Shown in pieces: positions 49,901 to 58,560 of a DNA stretch of 64,000 bases; the first letter of the stretch is position 1; each line of letters opens with the position of its first letter. Below the pieces are notes generated by a model. The model saw only the letters and a list, made by a program, of their open reading frames with translations, was not told the origin of the DNA and did not search any database. The DNA is from an uncultured Verrucomicrobiota bacterium. GTDB lineage: Bacteria; Verrucomicrobiota; Verrucomicrobiia; Limisphaerales; UBA1319. Both the position numbers and the translations under genes were made by a program. Location: positions 4,975 to 68,974 of the forward strand of contig CAYWIM010000001.1 in assembly GCA_964458325.1 (NCBI GenBank), read 5' to 3'.

Positions 49901-50844
49901 GTGACATTCGAGGATGCAAGCGTGCTCTGGCTGGCGGGTTGCTTGGTGATTGCCACGGGAATCCAGACTGTGAGGCTCGCGGGCGCGCTATCCACGAAAC
50001 CGCCGGAATTGCTGACGCGAACCGAATAGCTGCCGGCCTGGGAAGCTTGGACCGAGGAGAGGACGAGGCTCGCATTGGTCTGGCCAGCCAAGGGGGAACT
50101 ATTCCAGAGCCACTGGTAGAAAAGGGGAGCCGTCCCGCTGGCTGCAACACTGAATGTGATGGTATTACCGGCGATGGCGATTTGGGATTGCGGCGGTGTC
50201 AGGATGGACGGCGAGACAATCTCCCGAAGAACGAGCGACTCTGGAATGAGAAGCGGGACGCCCTGAGCGGGGAGAGAATTCGCCGATCCAAATCGCGCTT
50301 TGAACCCCTAAACCTCGTCTTGTGCAAGTCGTTGATATTCAAGCCAAGCGTTTGGAGGTTCATGGGGAGGGGGGGTGGTGCGGATAAAATTGCCGGTCGC
50401 TTGGGTGAAGATGGGCGAAAGAGCCTTGAGGGGGGCGGATTCGAAGGTTTCAGCCCCCTTCCAGATGCGGACCTGGAACTGGCCGGTCGAATAGCCAGTC
50501 AAATTGGTCATCAGCCCCACCAATCCCTCGAAATAGCCTTCGAAAACAAGGTTGAACCGTGTTGCACCGTAGGCATTGGGGATGGGCAGCATCGTGCCGC
50601 CGACCGGCCCGCCCCAGACCTCGACATAGACATCCGATCCGCTGGCATACACTCCGGGTTCCAGGAGGTAAAAGGGCCTGTCTGGAAGGAAATTGTTCAG
50701 ATCGATCGTGGCCTCGCCCCGGATCGAGGACGCGCAGGTCATCCAAGCGCACACAACCAGCGCAACAGCTGCGAACTGGCGCGAAAGCCGCCGGAGAATA
50801 TGGGTTTCACCGACACTGCAAGACACGCTGGTGCTCATGTTCAT
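46999..50844 (-). pseudogene. Large Ig-like / cadherin-like / Calx-beta surface protein, reading frame interrupted by one in-frame TAG (50308-50310)
   Basis: ORF 50308..50844 (signal peptide plus unknown domain) and ORF 46999..50091 are in the same frame. The 72 codons between TAG and the listed TTG have no stop and encode the first half of an Ig domain (ITFSVAASGTAPLFYQWLWNSSPLAGQTNASL). Downstream are Ig I-set-like repeats, cadherin-like repeats and two Calx-beta domains. Confidence 0.7.
49151..49618 (-). repeat. Tandem 288-bp (96-aa) duplication inside the surface-protein gene
   Basis: 49165-49268 is identical to 49453-49556 (104 bp), with similar flanks. It encodes LTYSL-x-x-APPTATI-x-S-x-TGLIQWTPSEAQGPSTNTFTVRVTDSGSPAATAS twice. 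Confidence 0.85.
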
Positions 50845-50862
50845 CCTGATGCTGCTCGGGGT

Positions 50863-50891
50863 TTGACGACAATGGTAGTAGGCTATCTAAT
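50863..50891 (+). promoter_or_regulatory. Candidate sigma70-type promoter for the gspF-D operon
   Basis: TTGACG (50863-50868), a 17-nt spacer, then TCTAAT (50886-50891); each hexamer is 5/6 to consensus. It overlaps the AT-rich inverted repeat TCTAAT-N9-ATTAGA and lies ~195 nt upstream of ATG 51087. Confidence 0.4.
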
Positions 50892-51086
50892 TATTATCTG
50901 ATTAGATGGCGGCACGCTCTCGAAATTCCGTGCCGATGTCAAACCAATTAGCTGTGGCCGTGCGGAGCGGGCGGAGCCTGTGCTTGATCCCGAGGGAGTT
51001 CCGTGTAGATAATCATCGGGTGATCCGCAAGACCTACCGGATTCGGGGTCGCCTGAATCGCGGCGGTTTTTCGGCAGGGGTTGACC

Positions 51087-52292
51087 ATGGCTGAATATCA
51101 ATATCAGGCCCAGAACGCCAAAGGCGAGCGCGTGACGGGGACGGTGACGGCGGACAACGAGGCGGGGGCGCTGCGATGGCTGGATGAGCACGAGCTGTTC
51201 CCGATTTCGGTCGCCGACATGTCGATGGGCAGCCGGCGCAGGCGCCGCGGGCGGCGCCGGGTCCCGATGCGCGACGTGGGGGTTTTTTACGGCCAGCTGG
51301 GGGATCTGATCGGGTCGGGCGTGCCGCTGTTGCGGGCGTTGGATTCGCTGATCCGATCGACCGTGAACGCGCGGTTGGCCGATGTAATCAAGGAAGTGCG
51401 GGCGGACGTGGCGGATGGCGATTCCTTGACGGAGGCGATGCGGCGGCATGGGAGCGTCTTTCCGCCGCTGCACACGGCGATGGTCCAGGCGGGCGAGCGG
51501 GCCAGCTTTCTGGAGGACGTGTTCCAGAACCTGTCGGCTTTTCTCGAGCGTCTGGATGAGCTGCGCAGCAAGGTCACGGGCGCGCTGATCTACCCGGTGC
51601 TGCTGACGACGGTGGGGGTGGCGGTGATGGTGGGGGCGCTGGTGTTGTTCGTGCCGCGGTTCGAGCCGTTGCTCGAGGGGGTGCCGCAAATGTTGCCGAC
51701 GCGGCTTTTATTTGCGCTGAGCCATGGGGTGAGGGGGTATTTTCCCCTGATGCTGGCGGCGCTGGGCTTTGGGGCATGGCTGCTGTGGTCGGCGTGGAGG
51801 AGCGATGCGGGCCAGCGCTGGATCGAGCGCTGGCGGCTTAAGGTCCCGGTGCTGGGCGTGGCTCTGCGGATGGTGGCCATCACCCGATTCTGCCGGATTT
51901 TGGGCACCATGCTGACCAACGGAGTGCCTCTGCTGCAGTCCTTGGCGATCAGCAAGGATGCCACCGGATCCCCATTGCTGGCGGACCGGATCGCCGAGGC
52001 GGCCGAGAATGTGCGGGCCGGCAAGCCGCTGACCGATCCCCTGCGGCGCGGAGGGCTCTTCCCGGACCAGGTCATCGCCATGATCAGCGTCGCCGAAGAA
52101 TCCAATCAGCTCGAGAAAGTGCTGCTGCACATCGCCGACACCGTCGAGCACCGCACCAATCAGCAGGTGGACCAGGCGATGCGATTGCTCGAGCCGCTGA
52201 TCCTTTGTGTGGTGGCGGCCGGGATCGGGTTCATGGCGCTGGGGCTGCTGCTGCCCATCTTCACGATGGCCAGCTCGCTTGGAATGAAGTAA
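51087..52292 (+). CDS. gspF: Type II secretion system platform protein GspF
   Basis: Two T2SSF repeats, three TM helices and the N-terminus MAEYQYQAQNAKGERVTG. The listed start 51081 is TTG; ATG is at 51087. Confidence 0.9.
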   Translation: MAEYQYQAQNAKGERVTGTVTADNEAGALRWLDEHELFPISVADMSMGSRRRRRGRRRVPMRDVGVFYGQLGDLIGSGVPLLRALDSLIRSTVNARLADVIKEVRADVADGDSLTEAMRRHGSVFPPLHTAMVQAGERASFLEDVFQNLSAFLERLDELRSKVTGALIYPVLLTTVGVAVMVGALVLFVPRFEPLLEGVPQMLPTRLLFALSHGVRGYFPLMLAALGFGAWLLWSAWRSDAGQRWIERWRLKVPVLGVALRMVAITRFCRILGTMLTNGVPLLQSLAISKDATGSPLLADRIAEAAENVRAGKPLTDPLRRGGLFPDQVIAMISVAEESNQLEKVLLHIADTVEHRTNQQVDQAMRLLEPLILCVVAAGIGFMALGLLLPIFTMASSLGMK

Positions 52293-52362
52293 ATGCCTAT
52301 GGAATTCGGTAACCTGCAACCGGTTGCGCACGTCTGATCAAGAAACGGGCGTCCGATGCGGA

Positions 52363-52391
52363 TTGACAATGTCGATCCGATCGAATTGAAT
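52363..52391 (+). promoter_or_regulatory. Candidate internal promoter upstream of gspG
   Basis: TTGACA (52363-52368), a 17-nt spacer, then TTGAAT (52386-52391), in the 149-nt low-GC gap between gspF and gspG. A 12-bp palindrome GCAACCGGTTGC lies at 52315-52326. Confidence 0.35.
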
Positions 52392-52441
52392 GGAGATGTT
52401 GTGCGTCTATTGGATTGAACGGGAATGATTTAAAATCAAAT

Positions 52442-52960
52442 ATGCGTTTGCATGGTTTGGCGCGGCAGTTGTCAGCAAGGCGATCATCGGGGTTCACGCT
52501 GATCGAGGTGCTGCTGGTTATTGTGATTATCCTGATGCTGGCGGGTGCGCTGGTGGTGTTTGTGCTGCCCCAAAGGAAGGGAGCGGAGCGGAACACGACC
52601 ATGCTGCTGCTGACCCAGGTGCAGGCGGCGCTGGACACCTATCGGCTGAACGTCGGGCAGTATCCGACGGAAGACCAGGGCGGGCTGGGTGCGCTGCTGG
52701 TGAAGCCGACCTTCGAGAATGAGCGGATGGGGGAGAAATGGCAGGGGCCTTACCTGAAGCCCGGAACGCGGATCGAGGACGCCTGGGGCAACCCTTTGCG
52801 CTACGAGTTGGTCGACAAGACCCTGGCGACGGACACCGCCACGCCGGATTACAAGCTCTATTCGGTGGGGCCGGACAGCCAGCCGGACACCGAGGATGAC
52901 GTGAAGCTCTACGACGAATCGGAGTCCAACCAGGATTCCACGACGGTGTTGAATCCGTGA
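52442..52960 (+). CDS. gspG: Major pseudopilin GspG
   Basis: MRLHGLARQLSARRSSG|FTLIEVLLVIVIILMLAG, then YRLNVGQYPTEDQGGLGALL, AWGNPLRY and YSVGPDSQPDTEDD, matching the GspG pattern. The listed start 52415 is TTG. Confidence 0.9.
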   Translation: MRLHGLARQLSARRSSGFTLIEVLLVIVIILMLAGALVVFVLPQRKGAERNTTMLLLTQVQAALDTYRLNVGQYPTEDQGGLGALLVKPTFENERMGEKWQGPYLKPGTRIEDAWGNPLRYELVDKTLATDTATPDYKLYSVGPDSQPDTEDDVKLYDESESNQDSTTVLNP

Positions 52961-52980
52961 CCGGGACGGATCGAGAGCGA

Positions 52981-53670
52981 ATGCGAACCACTGGATCAGC
53001 GGGGCGACGGAGCGCAAGCAGCGGTTTCAGCTTGTTCGAGCTGCTGCTGGTGGCCTCGCTGCTGACCCTGTTTTTTGGGGCGGCGGTCTACACCTTGCAG
53101 CCCAGCCGGGGGGCGGCGCGCTTCGAGGACGGCGCATTGCGGTTCGAAGGCATGCTTCGGCTGGCTCGGGCGGAGGCGGCCAACTCGGGCAAACGGGTCC
53201 GGGTGGCATTCAGCCCGGATGAACAGCCAACGACCAATCAGTTCAGCCAGGTCAAACTGACGTGGGAGCCCGACCCGGTGGAAGGGCCGGACGTGTTCGA
53301 GGATCTGCCGAGGTATCGCTGGGATATCGAGCAATTGAACGAGGCCATCGGGATCGAGTCCGTGAACCGGATTGGTGAATGGCTTGGCGAAGGGATCCCG
53401 GAGAGCGCTGGAGCCGCCGAAGAGCTGTTGGCCGACGAGGAAAACCGCGGGCTCGAAGCCCCGCCGATCACATTCAATCCGGATGGTTCGAGCGACTCGG
53501 CCGAAGTGATTCTGGCGGCCCGGGATTCGGACGAGGCCCGGCGAGTCACGGTTCGCATCGTCGGGCTGACCGGAGCGATCTCGAGTGTCTGGCAATCCGA
53601 AGAGGCTGCGATGTGGACGGCGGAGGAGACGGCCGCCTCTGCGGGAGCGGTTTCGGCCGAGGCCGAATGA
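52981..53670 (+). CDS. GspH-like minor pseudopilin
   Basis: MRTTGSAGRRSASSG|FSLFELLLVASLLTLFFG. An alternative GTG 52957 overlaps the gspG stop (GTGA). Confidence 0.65.
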   Translation: MRTTGSAGRRSASSGFSLFELLLVASLLTLFFGAAVYTLQPSRGAARFEDGALRFEGMLRLARAEAANSGKRVRVAFSPDEQPTTNQFSQVKLTWEPDPVEGPDVFEDLPRYRWDIEQLNEAIGIESVNRIGEWLGEGIPESAGAAEELLADEENRGLEAPPITFNPDGSSDSAEVILAARDSDEARRVTVRIVGLTGAISSVWQSEEAAMWTAEETAASAGAVSAEAE

Positions 53671-53719
53671 GGGTGCGCTGGCCGGGATGGGTCCCAATCG
53701 GAATTTGATCTTCCCTGGC

Positions 53720-54295
53720 ATGCGCGACGCGGATCCAGGGTGGAATTCTCCGAGCCAGGATTTGCGCCTTCGATTCCTGAACCGCGGAGCGATCTCCTTC
53801 CCAGAGCTGTCCTGCGGCAGCCGCCACGGAAACGCGGCGGAAGGCGGGGGCTCTTCTGCATCCGCGCGCGGTGGATGCCATTGGCGTTCGGGACGGGAAG
53901 GATCGGTATTGCTCGAAGTGGTATTGGCGTTGGCTTTGTTTGTGGCGGCGGCCGCGGTGATTGGCGGAGCGTTGCATTATTCGCTTTTGGAAGTCGAGCG
54001 ATTGCGGCTGAACGTTCACGCGGGCAACCTGGCGGTGACGGTCATGTCGGAGCTGCAGCTGGGGCTGCGATCGATCGAGACGGCCAGCCCGGAGACATTC
54101 GAGCCGCCGTTCGAAATGTGGAGCTTCGAGATCGATGTGGAACCGGCGGATGCCGCCCTGGAGCTGGAATATCCGCTGCGCCGGATCGAGGTGGCGATCC
54201 GGCATGTGGAGCGGCCGGTGGTGCGCCGGCTCGTGCGCTGGCTTCCCCTGCAATCCGATCCCGGTCCCGCCGCGCCAGCATCGACCATCCGGTAA
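53720..54295 (+). CDS. GspI-like minor pseudopilin with unusually long leader
   Basis: Mature-type N-terminus REG|SVLLEVVLALALFVAAAAVIGG, with Glu at +5. In-frame starts exist only at ATG 53687, ATG 53720 and TTG 53762, giving a 46-71 aa leader. The start is uncertain. Confidence 0.6.
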   Translation: MRDADPGWNSPSQDLRLRFLNRGAISFPELSCGSRHGNAAEGGGSSASARGGCHWRSGREGSVLLEVVLALALFVAAAAVIGGALHYSLLEVERLRLNVHAGNLAVTVMSELQLGLRSIETASPETFEPPFEMWSFEIDVEPADAALELEYPLRRIEVAIRHVERPVVRRLVRWLPLQSDPGPAAPASTIR

Positions 54296-54296
54296 A

Positions 54297-55097
54297 ATGC
54301 ATCTCCAGGTTTCCAGGCGCAGTGCGGCAAGCGGGTTCACCTTGATCGAGGTCGTGTTGGCACTGGCCATCGCGGCGGGGATGCTGACGGTGGTGCTGTT
54401 CTTTTATGCGAAGGCGGAACGGCTGCGAAACGACTTGCTGCGGGAAGCATCCCGGGTCTCGGCAGCTCGGTTGATCCTGGATCGGCTGACGGCGGAATTG
54501 AACACGGCGCAAGGATGCCGGGCCTTCCCGGAGGGTCTGCGGGGCGAAAGCGGCCAGATCCAATTCGCCCGTCCGGATCTTCCGGTTTTGGCATCGGGAT
54601 CCAATCCGATGTCGGAGGCGCCGGGGTCTGCGCCGTCGGTTTTCCGGCGGATGACATACGGTTTGGGGGGCGGTGGAGTGGCGCGCACCGAGGAGCAGAT
54701 GGCCGGGCCCGATCCCGTCCCCTCCGCCGTCGATTCGGGAGCGGAGCCGGGCGACTTCGCGACGAACGAGACCAACGAATGGACGATGGGACAAACCGAG
54801 GACAAGGCGGCGGCGCCGCGGTTGGAGCTGGTGGTCGATCCGTTGCGTTTCGCCCGGTTTCGATATTGGGATGGCCAGGGATGGATGGATATGTGGAACG
54901 GGCCTGCGCCTCCGGCGGCGGTGGAGATCGTGTTGGGGGGAGAGCCGTTGCCGGAGGGATTGACGCCCGAGGAATACCCCTATGAATACTATCGGCGGAT
55001 CGTCTATTTGCCAGGGCATCGCATGGGGCTGACCGAGACGGAAGGCGCTCCGGATCCGGAATCGACCTCCGAGGAACCGCAGGGAGGCGCGCCGTGA
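54297..55097 (+). CDS. GspJ-like minor pseudopilin
   Basis: MHLQVSRRSAASG|FTLIEVVLALAIAAGMLTVVLFF. The ATG lies 1 nt after the gspI-like stop. Trimmed from ORF start 54135. Confidence 0.65.
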   Translation: MHLQVSRRSAASGFTLIEVVLALAIAAGMLTVVLFFYAKAERLRNDLLREASRVSAARLILDRLTAELNTAQGCRAFPEGLRGESGQIQFARPDLPVLASGSNPMSEAPGSAPSVFRRMTYGLGGGGVARTEEQMAGPDPVPSAVDSGAEPGDFATNETNEWTMGQTEDKAAAPRLELVVDPLRFARFRYWDGQGWMDMWNGPAPPAAVEIVLGGEPLPEGLTPEEYPYEYYRRIVYLPGHRMGLTETEGAPDPESTSEEPQGGAP

Positions 55098-56512
55098 TGC
55101 GGACGATCCAGGATAAAAGATCCACGCCGGCGGGGGGCGGGTTTGTGCTTCTGCTGGTCCTGGTGGTGGTCATGCTGGCGTCGATGGTGGCGGTGAGCTT
55201 GATGTTCCTGTTGGGGGCGGAGAAGACGGCCTCGGCGACAGGTTGGGAAGGGGAGCAGGCGTGGGCGGTGGCGCTGACAGGGTTGGACCGGGCGATCCAG
55301 GTGGCGCGGCGATCCGCGCGGGAGGAAGCGGCCTGGCGGGACAATCCGGCTGAATTCCGGGATCAACTGGTGCATGAAGATGGATTGCAGCGTTGGTTCT
55401 TCACGGTCTACTCGCCTGGAGACGATGAGAGCGGCTGGGTTCGATTCGGGTTGACCGATGAAGCGTCCAAACTCAACATTCTGCGCTCGAGTCCGGCCAT
55501 GCTCGATGCTTTATCGGGCATGAGGATGGAGGGGGGCGAGGGATGGAACGGGGCGTCGCCGGCCCCCGCGACGGGGGAGGAAGGCCGGGGGTCTGGATCC
55601 CGGTCGGGGATGGCGACGAACGAGTTGGCGGGAGCCGGCGGGCACTGGTCGTGCGCGGACGAATACCTGCAAAGCTCCGGGGTGAGCGCCCTGGCCTGGT
55701 ACGGTGAGGACGCGAACTTCAACGGCCGATTGGACGCAAACGAAAACGATGGCGAGACGCAGTGGCCGCCGGACAACCAGGACAGCCGGCTGGACCGAGG
55801 GCTGCGACAGGACCTGACCGTGCACAGCTACGATGTCAATGAGGATGGATCGGGCCAGCCCCGCATCCGCCTGAACGATCCGCAAGCCGACTGGGCTGCG
55901 GCCGGGCTGCCGGCGAGCGTCGGGGATTACGTCGCAGCCATGGGGCGGGCGGGGCAGTCGATCGAGCATCCCGCCGATCTCCTCGAAGCGGAGGGCACGT
56001 TTCCCGCCGCGCGCGGCTCCGGCCAGGAGACCGTGCGCGCAGGTGTCGGGAAAGACGAATTGCCGGCTCTGTTGGATCGTTGCACGGTGTCGGACCAGGA
56101 GCGTCTGGAAGGGCTGATCAACGTGAACACGGCGCCGGCGGCCGTGTTGCGGACTCTTCCGGGGGTGGATGAGGCGCTGGCGGAGGCCATCGTGGCGCGG
56201 CGATCGAACCTGAGCCAGGAGGATCGGGGGACGATCGCCTGGCTGTATCAGGAAGGGCTGATGAACGCAGACCAATTCAAGGGGGTGGCTCCGCTGCTGA
56301 CCACGCGCAGCCTGCAGTTCCACTGTTACGTTGCGGGTTTCAATCGGCCGGGCCGCCGCCATCGAATCCTCGAAGCGATCTTCGATGTGGCGCCGGAGGC
56401 GCCGCGGGTGGTGTTCTTGCGGGATGTGACGCGATCGGGGCTCCCGCTGAATCTGGCGGGGGATGAGCCGGAGACCGTTGCCTGGAGTCCAGGCGGGGGG
56501 GGATCGCGATGA
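55097..56512 (+). CDS. gspK: GspK-like minor pseudopilin
   Basis: Uncleaved hydrophobic N-terminus GGGFVLLLVLVVVMLASMVAVSL and a C-terminal helix-hairpin-helix segment INVNTAPAAVLRTLPGVDEALAEAIVARR typical of GspK. ATG 55097 overlaps the gspJ-like stop (gTGATG). Confidence 0.75.
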   Translation: MRTIQDKRSTPAGGGFVLLLVLVVVMLASMVAVSLMFLLGAEKTASATGWEGEQAWAVALTGLDRAIQVARRSAREEAAWRDNPAEFRDQLVHEDGLQRWFFTVYSPGDDESGWVRFGLTDEASKLNILRSSPAMLDALSGMRMEGGEGWNGASPAPATGEEGRGSGSRSGMATNELAGAGGHWSCADEYLQSSGVSALAWYGEDANFNGRLDANENDGETQWPPDNQDSRLDRGLRQDLTVHSYDVNEDGSGQPRIRLNDPQADWAAAGLPASVGDYVAAMGRAGQSIEHPADLLEAEGTFPAARGSGQETVRAGVGKDELPALLDRCTVSDQERLEGLINVNTAPAAVLRTLPGVDEALAEAIVARRSNLSQEDRGTIAWLYQEGLMNADQFKGVAPLLTTRSLQFHCYVAGFNRPGRRHRILEAIFDVAPEAPRVVFLRDVTRSGLPLNLAGDEPETVAWSPGGGGSR

Positions 56513-58560
56513 GCGTCTTCCTCCTGGGATCCGGGCTGTGGGGCGAGGTCCGGCGGTGCGGCCGGCGCGGCGCTTGGTGGCGGTGGCAGCGGACGGTGTC
56601 CACGGCCGTGGTGGTCGAGGATCGCGATTTGCACCTGGCGCAGGCGGGCCGGCGCGGCGGCCAATCCGATCTGTTGCGGCTGGAGCATCGAATCCTGGCT
56701 TCGCCTGTGCGCCCTCTGGTCACCGATCCGGAGGCGGCGGGGAAGGAATTGGCGGAGTCATTGCGGCGGATGAAGCTGGATCGCGGGCTGGTGGCCCTGG
56801 CGGTTCCGCGCGAGCTGGCGGTTTTCAGGAGCCTGTGGTTGCCGATGCCGGAACGGGAAGAGGAATTGGCCGCCATGGTCCATTTCCAGATCCACAAGGA
56901 TCTTCCCTTTCGACCCGAGGACGCCGTGATCGATTTTTTCCCGTTGCCGGCGCTGGCGAAGGCGGGCGGGCCCCCGGCACCGGCAGGGGGGGCGGTGGGC
57001 GATGGCGCACGGGGGGAGGCGGAGGGGGCGAGCGTCGAGGTTTTCGCGGCCGTGGTGAAGCGGGAAGTGATCGCATGGTTCGAGAAAATGGCGGCGGCGG
57101 CGGGGGTTCGGCTGGCGGCCTTGGGCCTGGAATCGGCGGCTCACGCGAGAGCGCTGGCGGGACTGGACGATGCATCCGACGGAGGCGCGACGGCCTTGGT
57201 TCGGCTGCGGTCCCGAGAGGTGTTGATCGAGGTGTTTCAGGGGCCGGTTCTGCGCTTCAGCAAACTGGCGACGCTTTCGGGCGGGAGCGAAGCCACGGCG
57301 GAACCCGTGAGGGCTTCAGCCAATGGATCGGAGACGGCGACCGATTCAACCTGGGGGCCTGCGGTTCGGACTGAGATTATCCGGGGATTGCACGGGTACG
57401 AGGGTGTGCCAGGCCATCCGCCGATCCGCTGTGTCTTCGTGACTGGCCGCACCGGGGGTGAGGCGGAGGTGATGGCCGAGCTGACGGCTCGGCATGGGCT
57501 GCCGGCTCGAATGCTGGATGAGGATTTGCTGCGGCGGCAATGCCCGCTGGCGGCCGGGATCCATCCCGAGGGTTTGGGTGCAGCCGGGCTGGCGTGGGGG
57601 ATGTTGGACGATGCGGGATTGCCGCTGGATTTCCTGCATCCGCGCCGGCCGGCGGCGGGCCGGCGGAGCCGGGCATGGACGCGGTGGCTGCTGGCGGCCC
57701 TGATCGGCGCGTCCCTGGTGGGCGTGTGGGGAGTGCGCTCGCACGGCCTCGACCAGCGCCGGAGCATTCAGGACCAACTGCGGATGCAGGTCGAGCAGGG
57801 CGAAAAGAGCCGGCCGCTTTTCCGGGAAACGCGCCTGAAAGCGCGCGTCGTCGAGGGCTGGTTGAACGAACGGCGGCAGTGGCTGGATTCCTGCGCGCAT
57901 CTGAGCTCGCTGTTGCCAGGCGCAGGGGATTTGTACATCACGTCCCTATCCACCGGCACGAAGGGGACGATCTATCTGGCGGTGCGGGCGCGATCCGGGG
58001 ATCTCCTGGCTCAACTGGACCGGCAATTGCGGGCGGCGGGTTATGACTTGAAGCCGCTGGCGGTCACCCCCAGCGCCGACCCTCACGGATACGGCTTCCA
58101 GACCACCGTGGAACTGAAGCTGCCCGAGAAGTTTGAGGTCAACGTCGCCGATCTCCGAGCGCCGGATCGCCCCGCCGATGACGCATCCTTGGATGCGGCG
58201 GCGGCTCGAGCGCGTTCGGCGCAAGGGCCGCAGCGGGCCCAGCCGAACCAGGCGCCCGCGGAACCGCCTGGCGCGCGGATCCGCTCGGGTCCGGAGCCGC
58301 AGCGGCCGTCGAGCGCCTCGCCTTCGGAACCGTCTGGCGCGCGGATGCGTTCGGATCCGGAGCCGCAGCGGCCGTCGAACCAGCCGTCCGCGGAACCGCC
58401 TGGCGCGCGGATGCGCTCGGGTCCGGAGCCGCAGCGGCCGTCGAACGCCTCGCCTCCGGAACCGTCCGGGGGTCGTCCGCGCATGGGGCCGGGGCAGCGG
58501 GGGGCGTCGAATGGGCCGGCGGGTGAGGAGGCGCGCCCCTGGAGGAGGGCCAGGCAATGA
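56509..58560 (+). CDS. GspL-like assembly protein: PilM-like cytoplasmic domain + TM + PilN-like periplasmic domain + Pro-rich repeat tail (683 aa)
   Basis: ATGA overlap with gspK. PilM-like LAVPRELAVFRSLWLPMPEREEELAAMVHFQIHKDLPFRPEDAVIDFFPL, a single TM WLLAALIGASLVGVWGV, a PilN-like coiled coil plus ferredoxin-like segment, then a 22-aa Pro/Arg/Ser repeat tail. Confidence 0.7.
   Translation: MSVFLLGSGLWGEVRRCGRRGAWWRWQRTVSTAVVVEDRDLHLAQAGRRGGQSDLLRLEHRILASPVRPLVTDPEAAGKELAESLRRMKLDRGLVALAVPRELAVFRSLWLPMPEREEELAAMVHFQIHKDLPFRPEDAVIDFFPLPALAKAGGPPAPAGGAVGDGARGEAEGASVEVFAAVVKREVIAWFEKMAAAAGVRLAALGLESAAHARALAGLDDASDGGATALVRLRSREVLIEVFQGPVLRFSKLATLSGGSEATAEPVRASANGSETATDSTWGPAVRTEIIRGLHGYEGVPGHPPIRCVFVTGRTGGEAEVMAELTARHGLPARMLDEDLLRRQCPLAAGIHPEGLGAAGLAWGMLDDAGLPLDFLHPRRPAAGRRSRAWTRWLLAALIGASLVGVWGVRSHGLDQRRSIQDQLRMQVEQGEKSRPLFRETRLKARVVEGWLNERRQWLDSCAHLSSLLPGAGDLYITSLSTGTKGTIYLAVRARSGDLLAQLDRQLRAAGYDLKPLAVTPSADPHGYGFQTTVELKLPEKFEVNVADLRAPDRPADDASLDAAAARARSAQGPQRAQPNQAPAEPPGARIRSGPEPQRPSSASPSEPSGARMRSDPEPQRPSNQPSAEPPGARMRSGPEPQRPSNASPPEPSGGRPRMGPGQRGASNGPAGEEARPWRRARQ
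58261..58480 (+). repeat. 66-bp (22-aa) tandem repeat, about 3.3 copies, in the gspL-like 3' end
   Basis: Units start at 58261, 58327, 58393 and 58459 (the last partial). They encode EPPGARIRSGPEPQRPSSASPS / EPSGARMRSDPEPQRPSNQPSA / EPPGARMRSGPEPQRPSNASPP / EPSGGRPRMGP. Confidence 0.9.

Noticed and set aside
50308-50310. In-frame TAG as programmed recoding (pyrrolysine or a reassigned stop).
   Set aside because: TAG is used as an ordinary terminator by several well-supported genes here (gspE paralog 1 at 18056, pilT at 19196, the multiheme cytochrome at 11631, cytochrome c at 9980). A nonsense mutation or sequencing error is the simpler reading.
53740-54345. Alternative-frame 201-aa ORF over the GspI-like gene; also 50906..51094 and 54135..54296 as extensions or small genes.
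   Set aside because: The translations are Gly/Arg/Ala-rich with no pilin or other motif. The competing frame carries the class III signal and the GspI-like fold pattern. 50906..51094 lies in a low-GC promoter region and has no features. The 5' part of ORF 54135 overlaps the GspI-like coding frame.
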